DNA from: Octopus sinensis
Taxonomy: Eukaryota
Length of the DNA: 64,000 nt
Direction: 5' to 3'
NCBI RefSeq assembly: GCF_006345805.1
Contig: NC_043001.1
Location: 49,538,001-49,602,000 of the forward strand
A program made the translations under genes and the position numbers. Positions within the stretch are counted from its first letter, which is position 1; each line of letters opens with the position of its first letter. Of the stretch, positions 1 to 12,609 are shown in pieces. The notes under the pieces were generated by a model, which saw only the letters and a program-made list of their open reading frames with translations, was not told the DNA's origin and made no database searches.

Positions 1-159
1 TATGATTACAAAGCAAACTGCTTAATCAGTCGGCCATACTGCTGCTTGTGCTGCTGCGACCATTACAACAACAACAACAACTACTACTACTACTACTACT
101 ACAGTGGATAATGTAATGCTAAATATTATTTCGACACTAACAACAGCATTGATTGCAGT

Positions 160-241
160 GCACAAGAAAGAAAGAAAGAAAGAAAAAAAAGAAAGAATGA
201 AAGAAAGAAAGAAAGAAAGAAAGAAAAAAAAGAAAGAATGA

Positions 242-297
<56 letters not shown>

Positions 298-312
298 ACG
301 AAAGAAAGAAAG
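160..312. repeat. (GAAA)n microsatellite in the S-crystallin intron
   Basis: Direct tandem repeat. Confidence 0.95.
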
Positions 313-370
313 TGAGAAAAAAGAGGGATGGTTGAAGGCGAAAGCGTAAAGATAGGTAAATAACACTGAC

Positions 371-503
371 TGTTTTTGAAACGGTTCCATTCTGAGATTT
401 TAATCCTTCGGTCGGTATAATGGACACCGGCGGCTGCAAACAGAATTCGACAAATTTCTGCACGACCACGACCATTAAAATAGAACAAATTATAAGTCGG
501 CAT
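371..503 (-). CDS. First coding exon of an S-crystallin / sigma-class glutathione S-transferase gene (remaining exons lie beyond the window start)
   Basis: Translates [44 protein letters not shown], matching the cephalopod S-crystallin N-terminus pattern ([22 protein letters not shown]), with Tyr8, Arg14 and Trp39. The exon is 44 codons + 1 nt and ends at a GT donor (A|gtcagt, 370), the phase-1 position known for sigma GSTs. Confidence 0.9.
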
Positions 504-910
504 TATCGTCTTATTAATGTTGCCTTCTTTTGTTTTCTTGTTGTTCTCTTTACAATGGTTATTTTTGTTGGTGCTGGACGTGGTAATATGCCGTCGTTGT
601 CCGTGTTACTTCAGCTAATGCGGTGGCTATTGTCTTCTTCGCTGGTACTTCTGTTGTTGGTAATTTTATTGTTGTTGATGGTATTGTCGTTACTGTTGTT
701 GTGGTTGTTGTCTTTGTTGTGGTTGTTGCCTTTGTTATAGTTGTTTGTTTGGGGTCCATTTCTCTTTGACCCAGAACAAGTTTGGCGTTGTTATTTCAGA
801 GAGAATCCAACGTGTCTACTTATATTCCAAGACTGTCTTGCTTTACTGGCAAGTAAATTAATATTTATGTATGTATGTATCCATATGTTTATATGTATAT
901 ATGTATATGT

Positions 911-964
<54 letters not shown>

Positions 965-2689
965 TTTCTCCTCTCCCTCTGTGTATATGTGTGTGTGTAT
1001 GCAAGCATATGTCTGGGAATAAGAAAATTAGAGGGTGAAGAACCTAATAATAGTGGGGTGGAGGTAACACATCATTGCCGTTTCTACGCAATTTTTATTT
1101 TATAATCCATTATATTTTAATTCACTTCGTAACAGTCTGAGTAAATTACTAGATTTAATTACGGCGAACCTAGTTAATTAACACAAGTTCTTCTTACGCC
1201 TTCACACACTCACGCCGATACAGTGACACAAACACGCACTCACATTCATACCCAAACCACACAAACATACTTTGTAAACAACGAAACTGTAAAGCTGACC
1301 ATTCGTTGCGCACACTGACAATAGGAACAACGATTACTACAACAGCAACAACAATTTTAATAGGCACTCTCATCTCACTTTTTGACGTATAAACGTTTAG
1401 TGTACGATTAAATGGACAGCCTGATCGTTGAATTGACATGAAAAGTAGTTGTATGTTCCAACACACACATACATACATACATACATACATACACACATAT
1501 ACACACACGTGTACTTATAGCATAAGTCTCATGTACTCTCAGACTGACATAAGTGTGATAAGGTTGGGCCTTTAAATTATAGGAATCATATCCGGTAAGT
1601 TCGCCGTCGTCAATTCACCAGTTTTTGGGTCATTTTTTTTTTCAATAATATAGATTTTAATTGTTAATGGTGATATACTGTGGATATATTTTCTCGGTAA
1701 ACTTTCCTCGCGGTGAACTTTCCTCACGGTGAACTGATGGGGGCGAACTTTCCCTGCGATGAATTACTGGTGGTGAACTTGCCTGTAATCTATAGGAATA
1801 GTCCACCATGTTAATACAGGAAAATTCCTTGATTCTTGAGATTATCCCTCCTTCCCATATGGAGCTGGTCTTAAGTGCTGTTTGGCAATTGTGCCACATC
1901 CTCTAGAGGTGGAGATAATTTTAATAAATGAAGAGTATTCGTTGTTTGTTATTTGGCATGCTTGTATTTGTCTATGTTGTTCAAATATATGTCACTGGTC
2001 ACTTTGAGTTATTTTTCTTAGTTAATTTTTGTTTGAATTCTGCAAATTACGGAGGCCATAAATGTTTCCTACTCTTTTTTGTATAAGTCTAAGTCTTTTG
2101 GCTATTAGTAATATGATCGGACAATTCACCGGATTATATGTTTTTGATAGAAATCTGTTGCTTTTTCTACGATCCTATTTCTCCATTTTCTAATGGTTTC
2201 ATTTTCTTTTATTGCTTCCATTTGAGATTTTAGCTTCTTTACTTCACTTTAAATGATTTAAATATTTGTCGTTGATGAATTGTCGTCTTATGGAACTCGT
2301 ATCATATTTTTTTCGTTTGATAGTTTTCTGTCCGATAGTTTTGTTAGATAGTTTTACAGTTCGTCATATCTCTTTCGACTATCTAAATTGATCACAGCAC
2401 CATCAAAGCCTGATTTGTAAGCCATCTCTTTTATGATATATCGATTGAGCTGGAGGTTGTTGTAGATGTATCTGTTAGAGATCGCACACATTTACACTTC
2501 AACGACGAGAAACATCATATTTGACTACCCCTTGGCCGAAATCTTAATCTTTGTATTTAGCAGGGTTATGAGCTGAACTTTCCTATAAGTGTGACAAAGT
2601 TGGACCTTTAGATTATAGAAACCATGTCCGGTAAGTTCACCGTCAGGGAAAGTTCACCGTCAGAGAAAGTTCACCGTCATCAATTCACA

Positions 2690-3620
2690 GTAGCGTTACA
2701 CATCACGGCTTACAGAATTGAGAATTCACCCTTTGTGCTGCCAGTTGCGGTCGACGTTGGCTAAAAGATCACCAAACAATCAGACATATAATCATAAAAC
2801 TCTTATGGAATATCTTCTATTCCAAATCGTACGATTTGTCACTTGCACAAATCTCTAGTATTGCAATTGAACTTATTGGTCTTTCGCGGTGACTTATGTC
2901 TTCCGCTGAGAGCAGCGACAAGCAGTTGAGATACACAGTGAGGTTCATAACTGCCTCTGGCTTATCACTGGCACCGAACAGTCGAGCAAAAAGTTGCTCG
3001 AACGTCGCACACAGCTGTTGGAACAGAAATGCACGTGACCATTTTGTACATCAAAGACAAAATTGTGACTTTGTTGCAACGTGCGCCTCCACCAGTCATA
3101 ACCATCGGACGTCTTTCGTTCTTTCTTGTTTTTAGGCACGAGTTCTAGTTCGGTTGCGATGCGTTTGTTATCCACTTCTTCCAACTTGCAGTCTAACTCC
3201 TTCTGTAATCTATCTTACTCTATCATCAACTATTTACTAAATGTAGTCAACTCATATTTAATCGCCCCCTTCAGAGTGCCCCACCACCGGTTGTTAACGA
3301 TTACCCTCTTGACGTCTGCTTGACAAGATCATTAATCCAGTCGCTGTAGCTTTTTACGTGCCGTCAAAGGTGCATTCAGCTTCTAGTAGCTGGGTCCATG
3401 TCTATGAGTCCTATGTAAGTTGATTATACAGATCACAAATTTGTGGACTATGTAACCAACCACTTCAATTATGAACACCTTGCATTATCTCTATCCTCTA
3501 ATGAACACTCTATCGAGATAAAATGTGGACAACCCATTGTTGTTGCTTCATGTTCACACTGGCAAATTCAAATATTCCAGTTGGTACCCGTCAGACAGTT
3601 GGAATTGTCTTAGCATTTGA
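2690..3620 (-). mobile_element. Decayed L1/Tx1-clade LINE ORF2 fragment (end of APE endonuclease, linker, start of RT)
   Basis: Frameshifted and stop-containing translation includes HKFVICIINL..GPSY*KLNAPL (GYWKLN-like), NNRWWGTLKGAIKYE (W..LK..IK) and LCATFEQLFARLF..LSLLSAEDISHRERPIS. Confidence 0.65.
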
Positions 3621-3732
3621 TATCATCGAGGCCGGTGTTTGACGGTTAAAGTTGATCTCGCAAGATTTGATTGCTGAATGTAAACAGCCGAAAGAGATAC
3701 AAGCTTTATTTATTTATCATATATACTATTAT

Positions 3733-4080
3733 GCGGAGGCACATGGCTCAGTGGTTAAAGTATCGGGATCGAAATCATGAGGTAGTGAGTTCGATTCCCG
3801 GGTCGGGCTGTGTGCTTTGTTGTTGTGCAACACACTTTATTTCACGTTGCTCCAGTTCACTCAGCTGTAGAAATGAATTGCGGCGTCATTGGTGCCAAGC
3901 TGTATTGGCCTTTGCCTTTCTCTTGAGATAATATCGGTGGCGTGGAAAGGGGAGGCTTGTATGCAAGGGCAACTGCTGGTCTCCCATACACACCTTACCC
4001 GGATTTATGCCTTCGAAGGGAACTTTCTAGGTGCAATCATTTGGTCATTCATGACCGAAGGGGATCTTTACACTTTATTC
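3733..4080 (+). mobile_element. tRNA-derived SINE (family D)
   Basis: A-box-like tggctcagtggtt and B-box gagttcgattccc, followed by a body with tttatttcacgttgctccagttcactcagctg. A related antisense copy lies at about 23165-23460. Confidence 0.7.
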
Positions 4081-5642
4081 AACTATTACGCTCAATCAAA
4101 TTAATTTTTACCTATAAATTATCTTATATTGAGTAATATTGTTGTGTGTCAAAGACATACATACTATATGTGATATCATGTTGATGACGCCTTTTGAGAC
4201 AGAAACGCATTTAAAACATTCCTTTACTCTTCAGAATAAAAACCAACAACAAAACTGATGGTCTTTTCCTTCATGGGATATTAATTCGAGAGATTGTTGA
4301 TTGTTTTTGATTATCTCCCCTTCCCATTCGGAATCAGTTGACATTGTCGTTAGGTGTTTGTCTGTCTTCCCTCCAAGCAATATTTAGCATGACTATTTCA
4401 TGTTTTTTTGTTGCTGTTGTTGTTGTTCTTGTCGCTGGTTACTTGGAGTTATTTTTCTTGGCTTATTTTTGTTATATACTTTATGTTTTATCTTTTTATT
4501 TTATTTTATTTCTGCCGGTCATTGGATTGCGACTATGCTAGGGTAACTTCTTGAAGAGTTTAGTTGAACAAATCGTCCCAGCGCTTACTTTTTGGCAAAG
4601 GCTGATGCCTGTTCTTTTACTGAATCGTTGAGACACAGGTATGTAACTAAACCAACACCGGTTGTCAAGCGATGATGGGGATGCAAACACAAATGCAAGG
4701 ACACGTACAAACGTATGCATGTGTATGTGTGGGTGTGCACGCGCGCGTGTATGTATGTGTGTGCGTATATATATATATATATATATACACACATAAATAA
4801 ATATACATTATACACATATATACACATATACATACGTGCATATATATATACATATGTGTATATACATGCACATATACAGATATATATATATATATATATG
4901 CGTGTGTGTGTATGTATGTATATATGTGTGTGGTGTGTGTGTGTATGTATGTATGTATGTATGTAGTATGTATGTATGTATGTATATACACATATGAACT
5001 GCAGAGATAAGAAATGAAAAGTGAAAAAAAAGAAGAAACTTATTTTTATTTGAGGTTTTATTTTTGATCAAATTAGAATTTTCGCACAATCGTCTGCTTT
5101 GAAATTGGCAGCTATGATAAACTAGTTAAAATGTGTCAATTAGTCTAATAGTTAGTTATTACCGTTATACTTTGATTCAATGCCAGACATGGTTTTCTGA
5201 CATGTAAGACCAACCAACATACAAACGAAGAACAAAACGGGGGAAAGAAGAGGAAAAGCCTCTTACGATTGTGGTGTCACATGAATGTTATCTTGACCTA
5301 AACAAAAGGAAATTGGTGCATTTAGAAATCTCGTGAATTCTCGTAACAATTTTGAAAATGTAGGCCTAAAGTAAGGAGAAATATAACGGATATATGTGCG
5401 TGTGTGTATATATCTGTGTGTTATTGTGTGACGGTAGCGGATGTGCGAACCACAATTTCAACAGCGGCTTTGATAAGGCAATGTATATGAACTTTGACGG
5501 AATACGAGAGCTTTACTCTCAGGTTATATGTCTCCTTCGTTACTTCAACATTGACTTATTGTCTCACATGGAAGATAAAAGCTATCTTAAACACTTCATA
5601 CGCCTGCGGGTACACACTCATACACTGATACGCAAGAATTCA

Positions 5643-6046
5643 TCTATTATATAAAATCCGTTCTGTCTGTCTGTGTGTGTGTCTTCTATGATCTCGGGCA
5701 TCCTCCATCCGATTGCGCAAAATTTGATATGTAGATACCGACGGTATCAGGGCGTATATAAATCTTGAAAAAATTACAAAAATCGATTCCAGGTGAGAAT
5801 GCGATCGATAAAGCCGTGGGAATGTGCATTTGTACACGCAAGTACATCAGCTGCTGCGATCGATACTACGCGTACGTGAGAAAAAGGCTATCTTTATTTC
5901 TTCTTTTGCTGGCGTCTCAAATTTAGGTTAAATCAGTGTTTCCCAAAGGGGAGGCCTATAGGATGGTTGGACAAGTTGTTTTGAGAAAATTTGGCTTAAA
6001 TGTTTGACAACTCAGCACCGTCCACCGGACGGGGGCATTTAGCTCG
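5643..6046 (+). mobile_element. Non-autonomous Helitron
   Basis: 5' A|TCTATTATATAAAA followed by (tctg)n(tg)n. 3' GC-rich hairpin ccgtcc-acc-ggacgg (6018-6032), then ...GCTCG|T about 14 nt later (a CTRR variant). A-T insertion site. Confidence 0.65.
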
Positions 6047-6095
<49 letters not shown>

Positions 6096-6177
6096 ATAAC
6101 AATATAATAAATAAATAAAATATATGCATATATATATACATATATGTACATACTTACATCTACATGCATATATACAA

Positions 6178-6246
<69 letters not shown>

Positions 6247-6250
<4 letters not shown>

Positions 6251-6640
6251 TACAGGACACCACAAATTCACGTAGAACACAACGAGAAACGAAAAGAAAA
6301 TCAAACAAGGAAACGGACTTTTTATAACAACGAAAAAACAGAGTACAGGACAAACAATACAAGGAAAATTTCATCAGCTGCCCCTGGTTCGGCTCTATGT
6401 GTGTTTCGAAGGCAAGGACAGAACACGGCCATGCCGAAGCAATCCTTCCTGCAAAAGGAATTAAATAAAATTCTTTTGCAGAGGGGTAAAACAAGTGACA
6501 AGGATAGGACGTAAAAGCAATACAAATGAAGAAAAGACAGTAGAAAAAACAGTACAAATAATGAATAACAGGACAGGGAACCAACAAAAAGGGCTTACAC
6601 CATAAGGACACATTAAAGTGTCTACCCGCTAGAGATGAGA
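6247..6640 (-). repeat. Dispersed (TA)n-associated repeat family (other copies at 11160-11330 + and about 49800-50100 +)
   Basis: Three clearly homologous copies share gtactctgttttttcgttg...gttttcgtttctcgttgtgttc..cg; each abuts (TA)n-rich DNA. Confidence 0.85.
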
Positions 6641-6902
6641 GTTAAAATACTCATTTGGACCACCAAAACTTAACACTGAAAATAACAGATTCAACAATAT
6701 TCGGGCAAACGGATCGAAAAAATCTCTCATATACTTATATAGCACCGGTCCACATGTGTATGTGTATGTATGTAAGAATGTATGCTCGTATGTATGTATG
6801 TACATGTATACGTGTCTATATGGATGTACTGATATACCTATACGATTGTGTGGTAGTCCCTTTGTATCTATGCATTTATGGATTTATTATAAATATATAT
6901 GC

Positions 6903-6954
<52 letters not shown>

Positions 6955-6956
6955 GT

Positions 6957-7236
6957 GGAGGCGCAATGGCCCAGTAGTTAGGGCAGTGGACTCGCGGTCG
7001 TAGGATCACGTTGTGAGTGTTTATTGAGCGAAAACACCTAAAGCTCCACGAGGCTCCGGCAGAGGGTGGTGGCGATCCCTGCTGTACTCTTTCGCCACAA
7101 CTTTCTCTCACTCTTTCTTCTGTTGGCCTACTCGCTTAGCCAGCAGGGTGGCGTCATTTGAAGGCTAAAAAACAATGCGAAGCGCATTGTGACTAGCGAT
7201 GTGTAGCAACATCTGATAGCCTGGTCGGTCACGGTG

Positions 7237-7238
<2 letters not shown>
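6957..7238 (+). mobile_element. tRNA-derived SINE (family C), B-box region deleted
   Basis: Head ggaggcgcaatggcccagtagttagggcag. Near-identical to the complete antisense copy at 43701-44012 apart from a deletion across the B-box. Confidence 0.85.
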
Positions 7239-7268
<30 letters not shown>

Positions 7269-8045
7269 TATATACTCGTATATATATATGTTGTGTGAGT
7301 CCGAGCGTGTGTGTGTGTGCGTATGTGAGTGTGTGTGTTTGTGTGTGTGGGAGGGTGTATCTGCATTTCTGTATGCATGTTCGTCTTCTATTATTACTAC
7401 TTGTACCTCACTCCCAGTACCGAAACACTGTAAGGTTATAAATTTCAGGTCCGCCCTACACCCTCATCCTTTGACTCCGGACAATTGTCTAGTTATCTAT
7501 GTTATAGATCTTTTCACTTTAAGTTGTGTGGTTAAATACATAATATTCCATCGGACGAATCTTGGTAACAATGACCCTGCCAGTACCATTTGACACATTA
7601 TTTCTTCTTCTTCTTCTTCTTCTTCTTCTTCTTCTTCTTCTTCTTCTTCTTCTTCTTCTTCTTCTTCTTCTTCTTCTTCTTCCTTTCTTTCTCATTCCGA
7701 ATCTTCTCTTTCGTCTTCTTATATTCGTTTTCTTCCCCCGCCTTCCCTTTCTTCTATTTTCATACGTATCTACCCTCTTGATTCCCCCCCCCACCACCAC
7801 CACCAACACAATTTCTTCCCCACAGACCGATCCCGCAACAACACTTCATCTTTTCCCTTTTTCTTTCCTCCCGATACTTTCATAATAACAAGGTTTGATA
7901 GACACACAATGAAAGAGTATGACTTTGATGCAAGTCTGAAGAAGTACCTCACCAATGCCCAAAATCGCATAGGCTACGTAAGTTTTGCTTTAGAATTTTC
8001 GTATAAACTGGCTTTGCAAATGGAGATGGTACGGAAACGTGAGTA

Positions 8046-8128
<83 letters not shown>

Positions 8129-8144
8129 TATTATATATATATAT

Positions 8145-8444
8145 AAACAATTGCAGCGTGGAAGGTGTTTGTAAGCCATTTAAGAAACACACAAAAGCCG
8201 TTCGATTCACTTCAACATTTAAATGCTACTGCCGACCGCGCAATGACCTGCCGGCGCCGGCCCGACATACATGGCGCTCGGCCGACGGTGCTTGCACGCT
8301 TCGCGAGCTCCATGATATTTCTCTCTTCCTTCCTACCTCGCTGTTGGCTTCGGCAGTCACGCTCTGTTCCGCTGTCGACGCCTTCTAATTTCTTTCCGTC
8401 GTTTCTTAAATGGCTTACAAACACCTTTCACGCTGCAATTGTTT
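8145..8444. mobile_element. MITE-like element with 44-bp inverted repeats
   Basis: 8145-8188 is the reverse complement of 8401-8444 with one mismatch; the spacer is CpG-rich. Confidence 0.7.
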
Positions 8445-8518
8445 TCGTTTCAGCACACGATCTCAGATCAAATCACTTGCTATGCAAGTACATCTCCGTA
8501 ATATATATATATATATAT

Positions 8519-8613
<95 letters not shown>

Positions 8614-9085
8614 AGTGTCTTTCTATCTATGTCACCCGATTCCGGTTAACAACCGCTATCGGTGTGTTTACGTCCCCGTAACTTAGCGGTTCGGCAAAAT
8701 GGACCGCTAGAATATGTACCAGGCTTTCAAAAGATATAAGTCCTGGTGTTGATTCATTAGACTAAAATTCTTCAAAGCGATGCTCCAGAATGGTCGCAGT
8801 CTGATGAATGAAACAAGCAAAAAATGAAAAATGTTAAAGTATATATTTAACAGGTTGCTCATAGATCACGCTCCCAGACAACATACAAAACGAAACAAAA
8901 ATACTAAAAGTGAACCCTATCCTACCTGACCTTACAAGGGGTACAGTTTGTAGCCGCTGTGATGTTCACTTCACCTCCCACAGTTACCACTCGTACATAA
9001 ATATCTACAAACATTTAATTTCATATATAACACCGCTGAGCTACACAACATCCTAAAAAAACTATATCTCCCACTCATTTAGGAT

Positions 9086-9738
9086 CAGTGGCAGCTCGTA
9101 GATAAAATTAGTGGTGGTGCTGCCTCAGAAATTTTTAGCTTTGCCTTAATATTGACTAAAAGACACATAAAAAGAATATTTATACATAAACTTGATCAGT
9201 TCGCGTTTGGCCACTGCCAAGTAGTGTGTTTAATTTGTTCACTAAACTCCACCGCGAATTCCCCCTTGTTTTTCAAAAATTCTTTCTAAATCACAAAATT
9301 AATGGGAGGAAAATCTGCCCTATTTTTCAAATCCTGGCAGCAACACTGAAGCAGCAAGCAGGATAATAATCTAATTCTACACTTTATCGCATTCAAGAAT
9401 ATAAACACGTTTTAAAGCACAACACGCGGAGTAAAAAAGAAACACTACTTTTCACCGGCACTGCGTCAACTACAGTGCTGTCTCTCCCTAATGTTAAGCT
9501 TCCTATCTCGGACATGTGTGCATGCGCACAACAGCCAAACACCGCGTCGCTGGAACTGTGAAGCGCACAGTTCTATACAAGGATTTTTTTAATTATTTTC
9601 ATAAATTAGGGGATGGCTACTGACATTAACCTTGTGGATTATATAATGTACAAGTATAAAGAAAGAATTTTTAAAAAAAAGGACTCTGGAAATAGGGGGT
9701 GCTGCAGTTCCATGGGGCCTATTCACGAGCTGCCACTG
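9086..9738. mobile_element. hAT-type MITE
   Basis: TIR cagtggcagctcgt...acgagctgccactg with a perfect 8-bp TSD tttaggat (9078-9085 and 9739-9746). Confidence 0.9.
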
Positions 9739-10190
9739 TTTAGGATGACAAGCATAAGGTACATATATACATAGAAACAGTTGCAACATCAATAGTCTAC
9801 CTCACTCTAAGGCGTGTGGACGTCCATTGCACGTTAGGATATGGTGCTTGGTTACATGGAGATATTATATAACATGCAAGATTACTGTGGACGTCGTGAC
9901 TCATTCCTTAGTCAACAAACTGCGTATCAATGACTGTTTAGATAGAGATGAGCTTGGAGTTATGCAACACACACATCAAAGCTCACACACATGCACGCAC
10001 ATACACACGCGCACGCACATACACGCACACCCACATGCGCGCGTATGTGTATGCAGAAAATATTGCATACAATACAAACACAAACATACTTACCCCCACA
10101 TATAAGCACTAACATGTGCTTACATACTGACACATACAAACACTTGCATACACATGAAAACACACTCAAGCACATAGAAATAAACGTATA

Positions 10191-10593
10191 GGCGCAGGAG
10201 TGGCTGTGTGGTAAGTAGCTTGCTTCCCAACCACATGGTTCCGGGTTCAGTCCCACTGCGTGCCACCTTGGGCAAGTGTCTTCTACTATAGCCTCGGGCC
10301 AACCAAAGCCTTGTGAGTGGATTTGGTAGGCGGAAACTCAAAGAAGCCCGTCGTATATATGTATATATATATGTGTGTGTGTGTGTGTGTTTGTGTGTCT
10401 GTGTTTGTCCCCCTAGCATTGCTTGACAACCGATGCTGGTGTGTTTATGTACCCGTCACTTAGCGGTTCAGCAAAAGAGACTGATAGAATAAGTACTGGG
10501 CTTACAATGAATAAGTCCCGGTATCGATTTGCTCGACTAAAAGCGGTGCTCTAGCATGGCCGCAGTCAAATGACTGAAACAAGTAAAAGAGTA
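10191..10593 (+). mobile_element. tRNA-derived SINE family A (CORE-like block, internal microsatellite), full-length copy
   Basis: ggcgcaggagtggctgtgtggtaag head, B-box gggttcagtccc, CORE-like ccttgggcaagt, internal (TA)(TG) spacer, 3' ...cagtcaaatgactgaaacaagtaaaa. About 20 full or half copies occur in the window. Confidence 0.9.
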
Positions 10594-11459
10594 TACACAC
10601 ACACAATATACACACACAAACGCTGCTCTAAGGTCTCTGGAACTGGTAAAAATACAAACCAAAATGCCCAAAAGTGCGCGCTACGGTCTTATATATAAAA
10701 GAACACATTGGCCAAAAGTAGAGGACAGTCACGGCTGGAACGCTGTAATGAATCATAGGTCTGTTCAATCAGAGCTGACTTAAAACTAAACAACAACAAC
10801 AACGACAGTATCACTTGCAACAACAGCAACAATAACCAGTATAACAACTGCAACACAAATACATGATGAACACATACACAGGAAAAGACACGCTAACAAG
10901 AAGAAATACACGCATAGACACACATACAAGCATACATACTCAAACATACACACACACATCTATCTATCTATCATCTATCTATCTATCTATCTATTCATAT
11001 ATATATATATAGCACAACGCTTTCCTATTTGGAAGCCTCTTATTGTATTTCTATATGAATAATATATAGTCTAATGACTAATTCGTTTTTTTGTGCTAGG
11101 CCACTGGCAATAATAATTTATTATTACCCTATTGTATTATGTTTATATATATATATATCGAAACACGCATTGAGCCGAAACAGGGGCAGCTGATGAAGGG
11201 GAATATTCCTTGTATTGTTTGTCATGTACTCTGTTTTTTCGTTGTAAAAAAAAGTATGTTTCCTTGTTTGATTTTATGTTTTCGTTTCTCGTTGTGTTCT
11301 ACGTTTATTTGTGGTGTTCTGTACTCATATATGCATGCATATATACATATAGATGTAGATATGTACGTATATATATGTATGCATATGTTTTATTTATTAA
11401 ATTGTTATTATATATATATTATATATATATATATATAATATATATATATATTATATATA

Positions 11460-11496
<37 letters not shown>

Positions 11497-11834
11497 ATAG
11501 AGGGCATTATTACACATAAATGCCACACGCTAGGAGTGACTCTTAAAGTCATAACTACCAAAATATATATATATATTATTCAAAGAAATTCCGACTCTGT
11601 TTTTTTATGGTTTATTTATATTTTTCATAATATTAATGTTGAATATAGAATATATAGTATAAATATATGTCTGGACTATGTAATGCAAAAAGTTCATACA
11701 GAAAAAGAAACTTCTTTTGTAACTCACAGCCATTTGAGTTTGACCACGTGACCACTTCCAGAAGCTACGCTCGCCATCTTCAATTAATCCCTCACCCCTG
11801 TGTCCCCTCCACCGTTTAATCGGACGAGAAAATA

Positions 11835-12315
11835 CAGGTGTCCCAGAATTAATGATGATTTGAGTGAAATCGGGTGCATTTTTTGAAAACTCACTTTTAT
11901 TTATGTTTATCATGTTTAATGTGAGTTAAAAGTGTATAAATTTTGAATTTTGTTTATTTTATTTTCATTCCCGTGGGATCCCTCTTATTTGCCCATGACA
12001 GCATTTTTTTTCAATTTGGCAGCAGTCATTTTCTTTACCTCCATCCCCAAGATGGAGCAATTGTTTAGCTGAGCTTAAAGAACACATTCAGTTAGCAGTG
12101 CAGGAGCTAACTCCTGAAATACTTCAAAATGTGTTTCACAACGCTAAGGAGAGATTTTAAGTATGCAAGAATACAGACATGTTGAAAATTTTCAATAAAA
12201 GTTTGACGTAAGATTTATAAATCTATTTGTTTTGCCAATAAGCGCAAAATTTTGTCAGGTTTTTAAAAAGTTGCTCAATTTCATTGAAACAGATAGTTAA
12301 TTCTGGAACACCCTG
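11835..12315. mobile_element. Tc1/mariner-type MITE
   Basis: TA|caggtgtcccagaattaa ... ttaattctggaacaccctg|TA inverted termini with TA duplication. Confidence 0.8.
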
Positions 12316-12609
12316 TACGGTGTAGCGTTGTTAGTTGTTGCGATGCTCGAATAAATATTAAAATCAAAGGTCTTCTTGCCGTAAACGTCTCATCTTTTTG
12401 TTAAGCATAATGTATCAAGGAGTATATTATCCAAAATGTATCTCTCCTTTACAGGCATGGCTGTGTGGTTGAGAAGCTTGCCTTCCAACCATGTCGCCTT
12501 GGGTCCAGTCTCACTGTGCCGCACATTGGGCAATTCTCTTCTACATCTCCGTGCACATCAAAGCCTTGTGTATTATATAATTACCATTGCTGTATTGAAA
12601 TATAAAATA

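Noticed and set aside
3733-3810. tRNA-like heads of the SINE families as tRNA genes
   Set aside because: They continue into SINE bodies, are multicopy and divergent, and lack complete cloverleafs.
5394-5640. 86-aa ORF with GFDKAM...VICLLRYF, loosely MULE-like
   Set aside because: The similarity is too weak, with no further motifs or TIRs.
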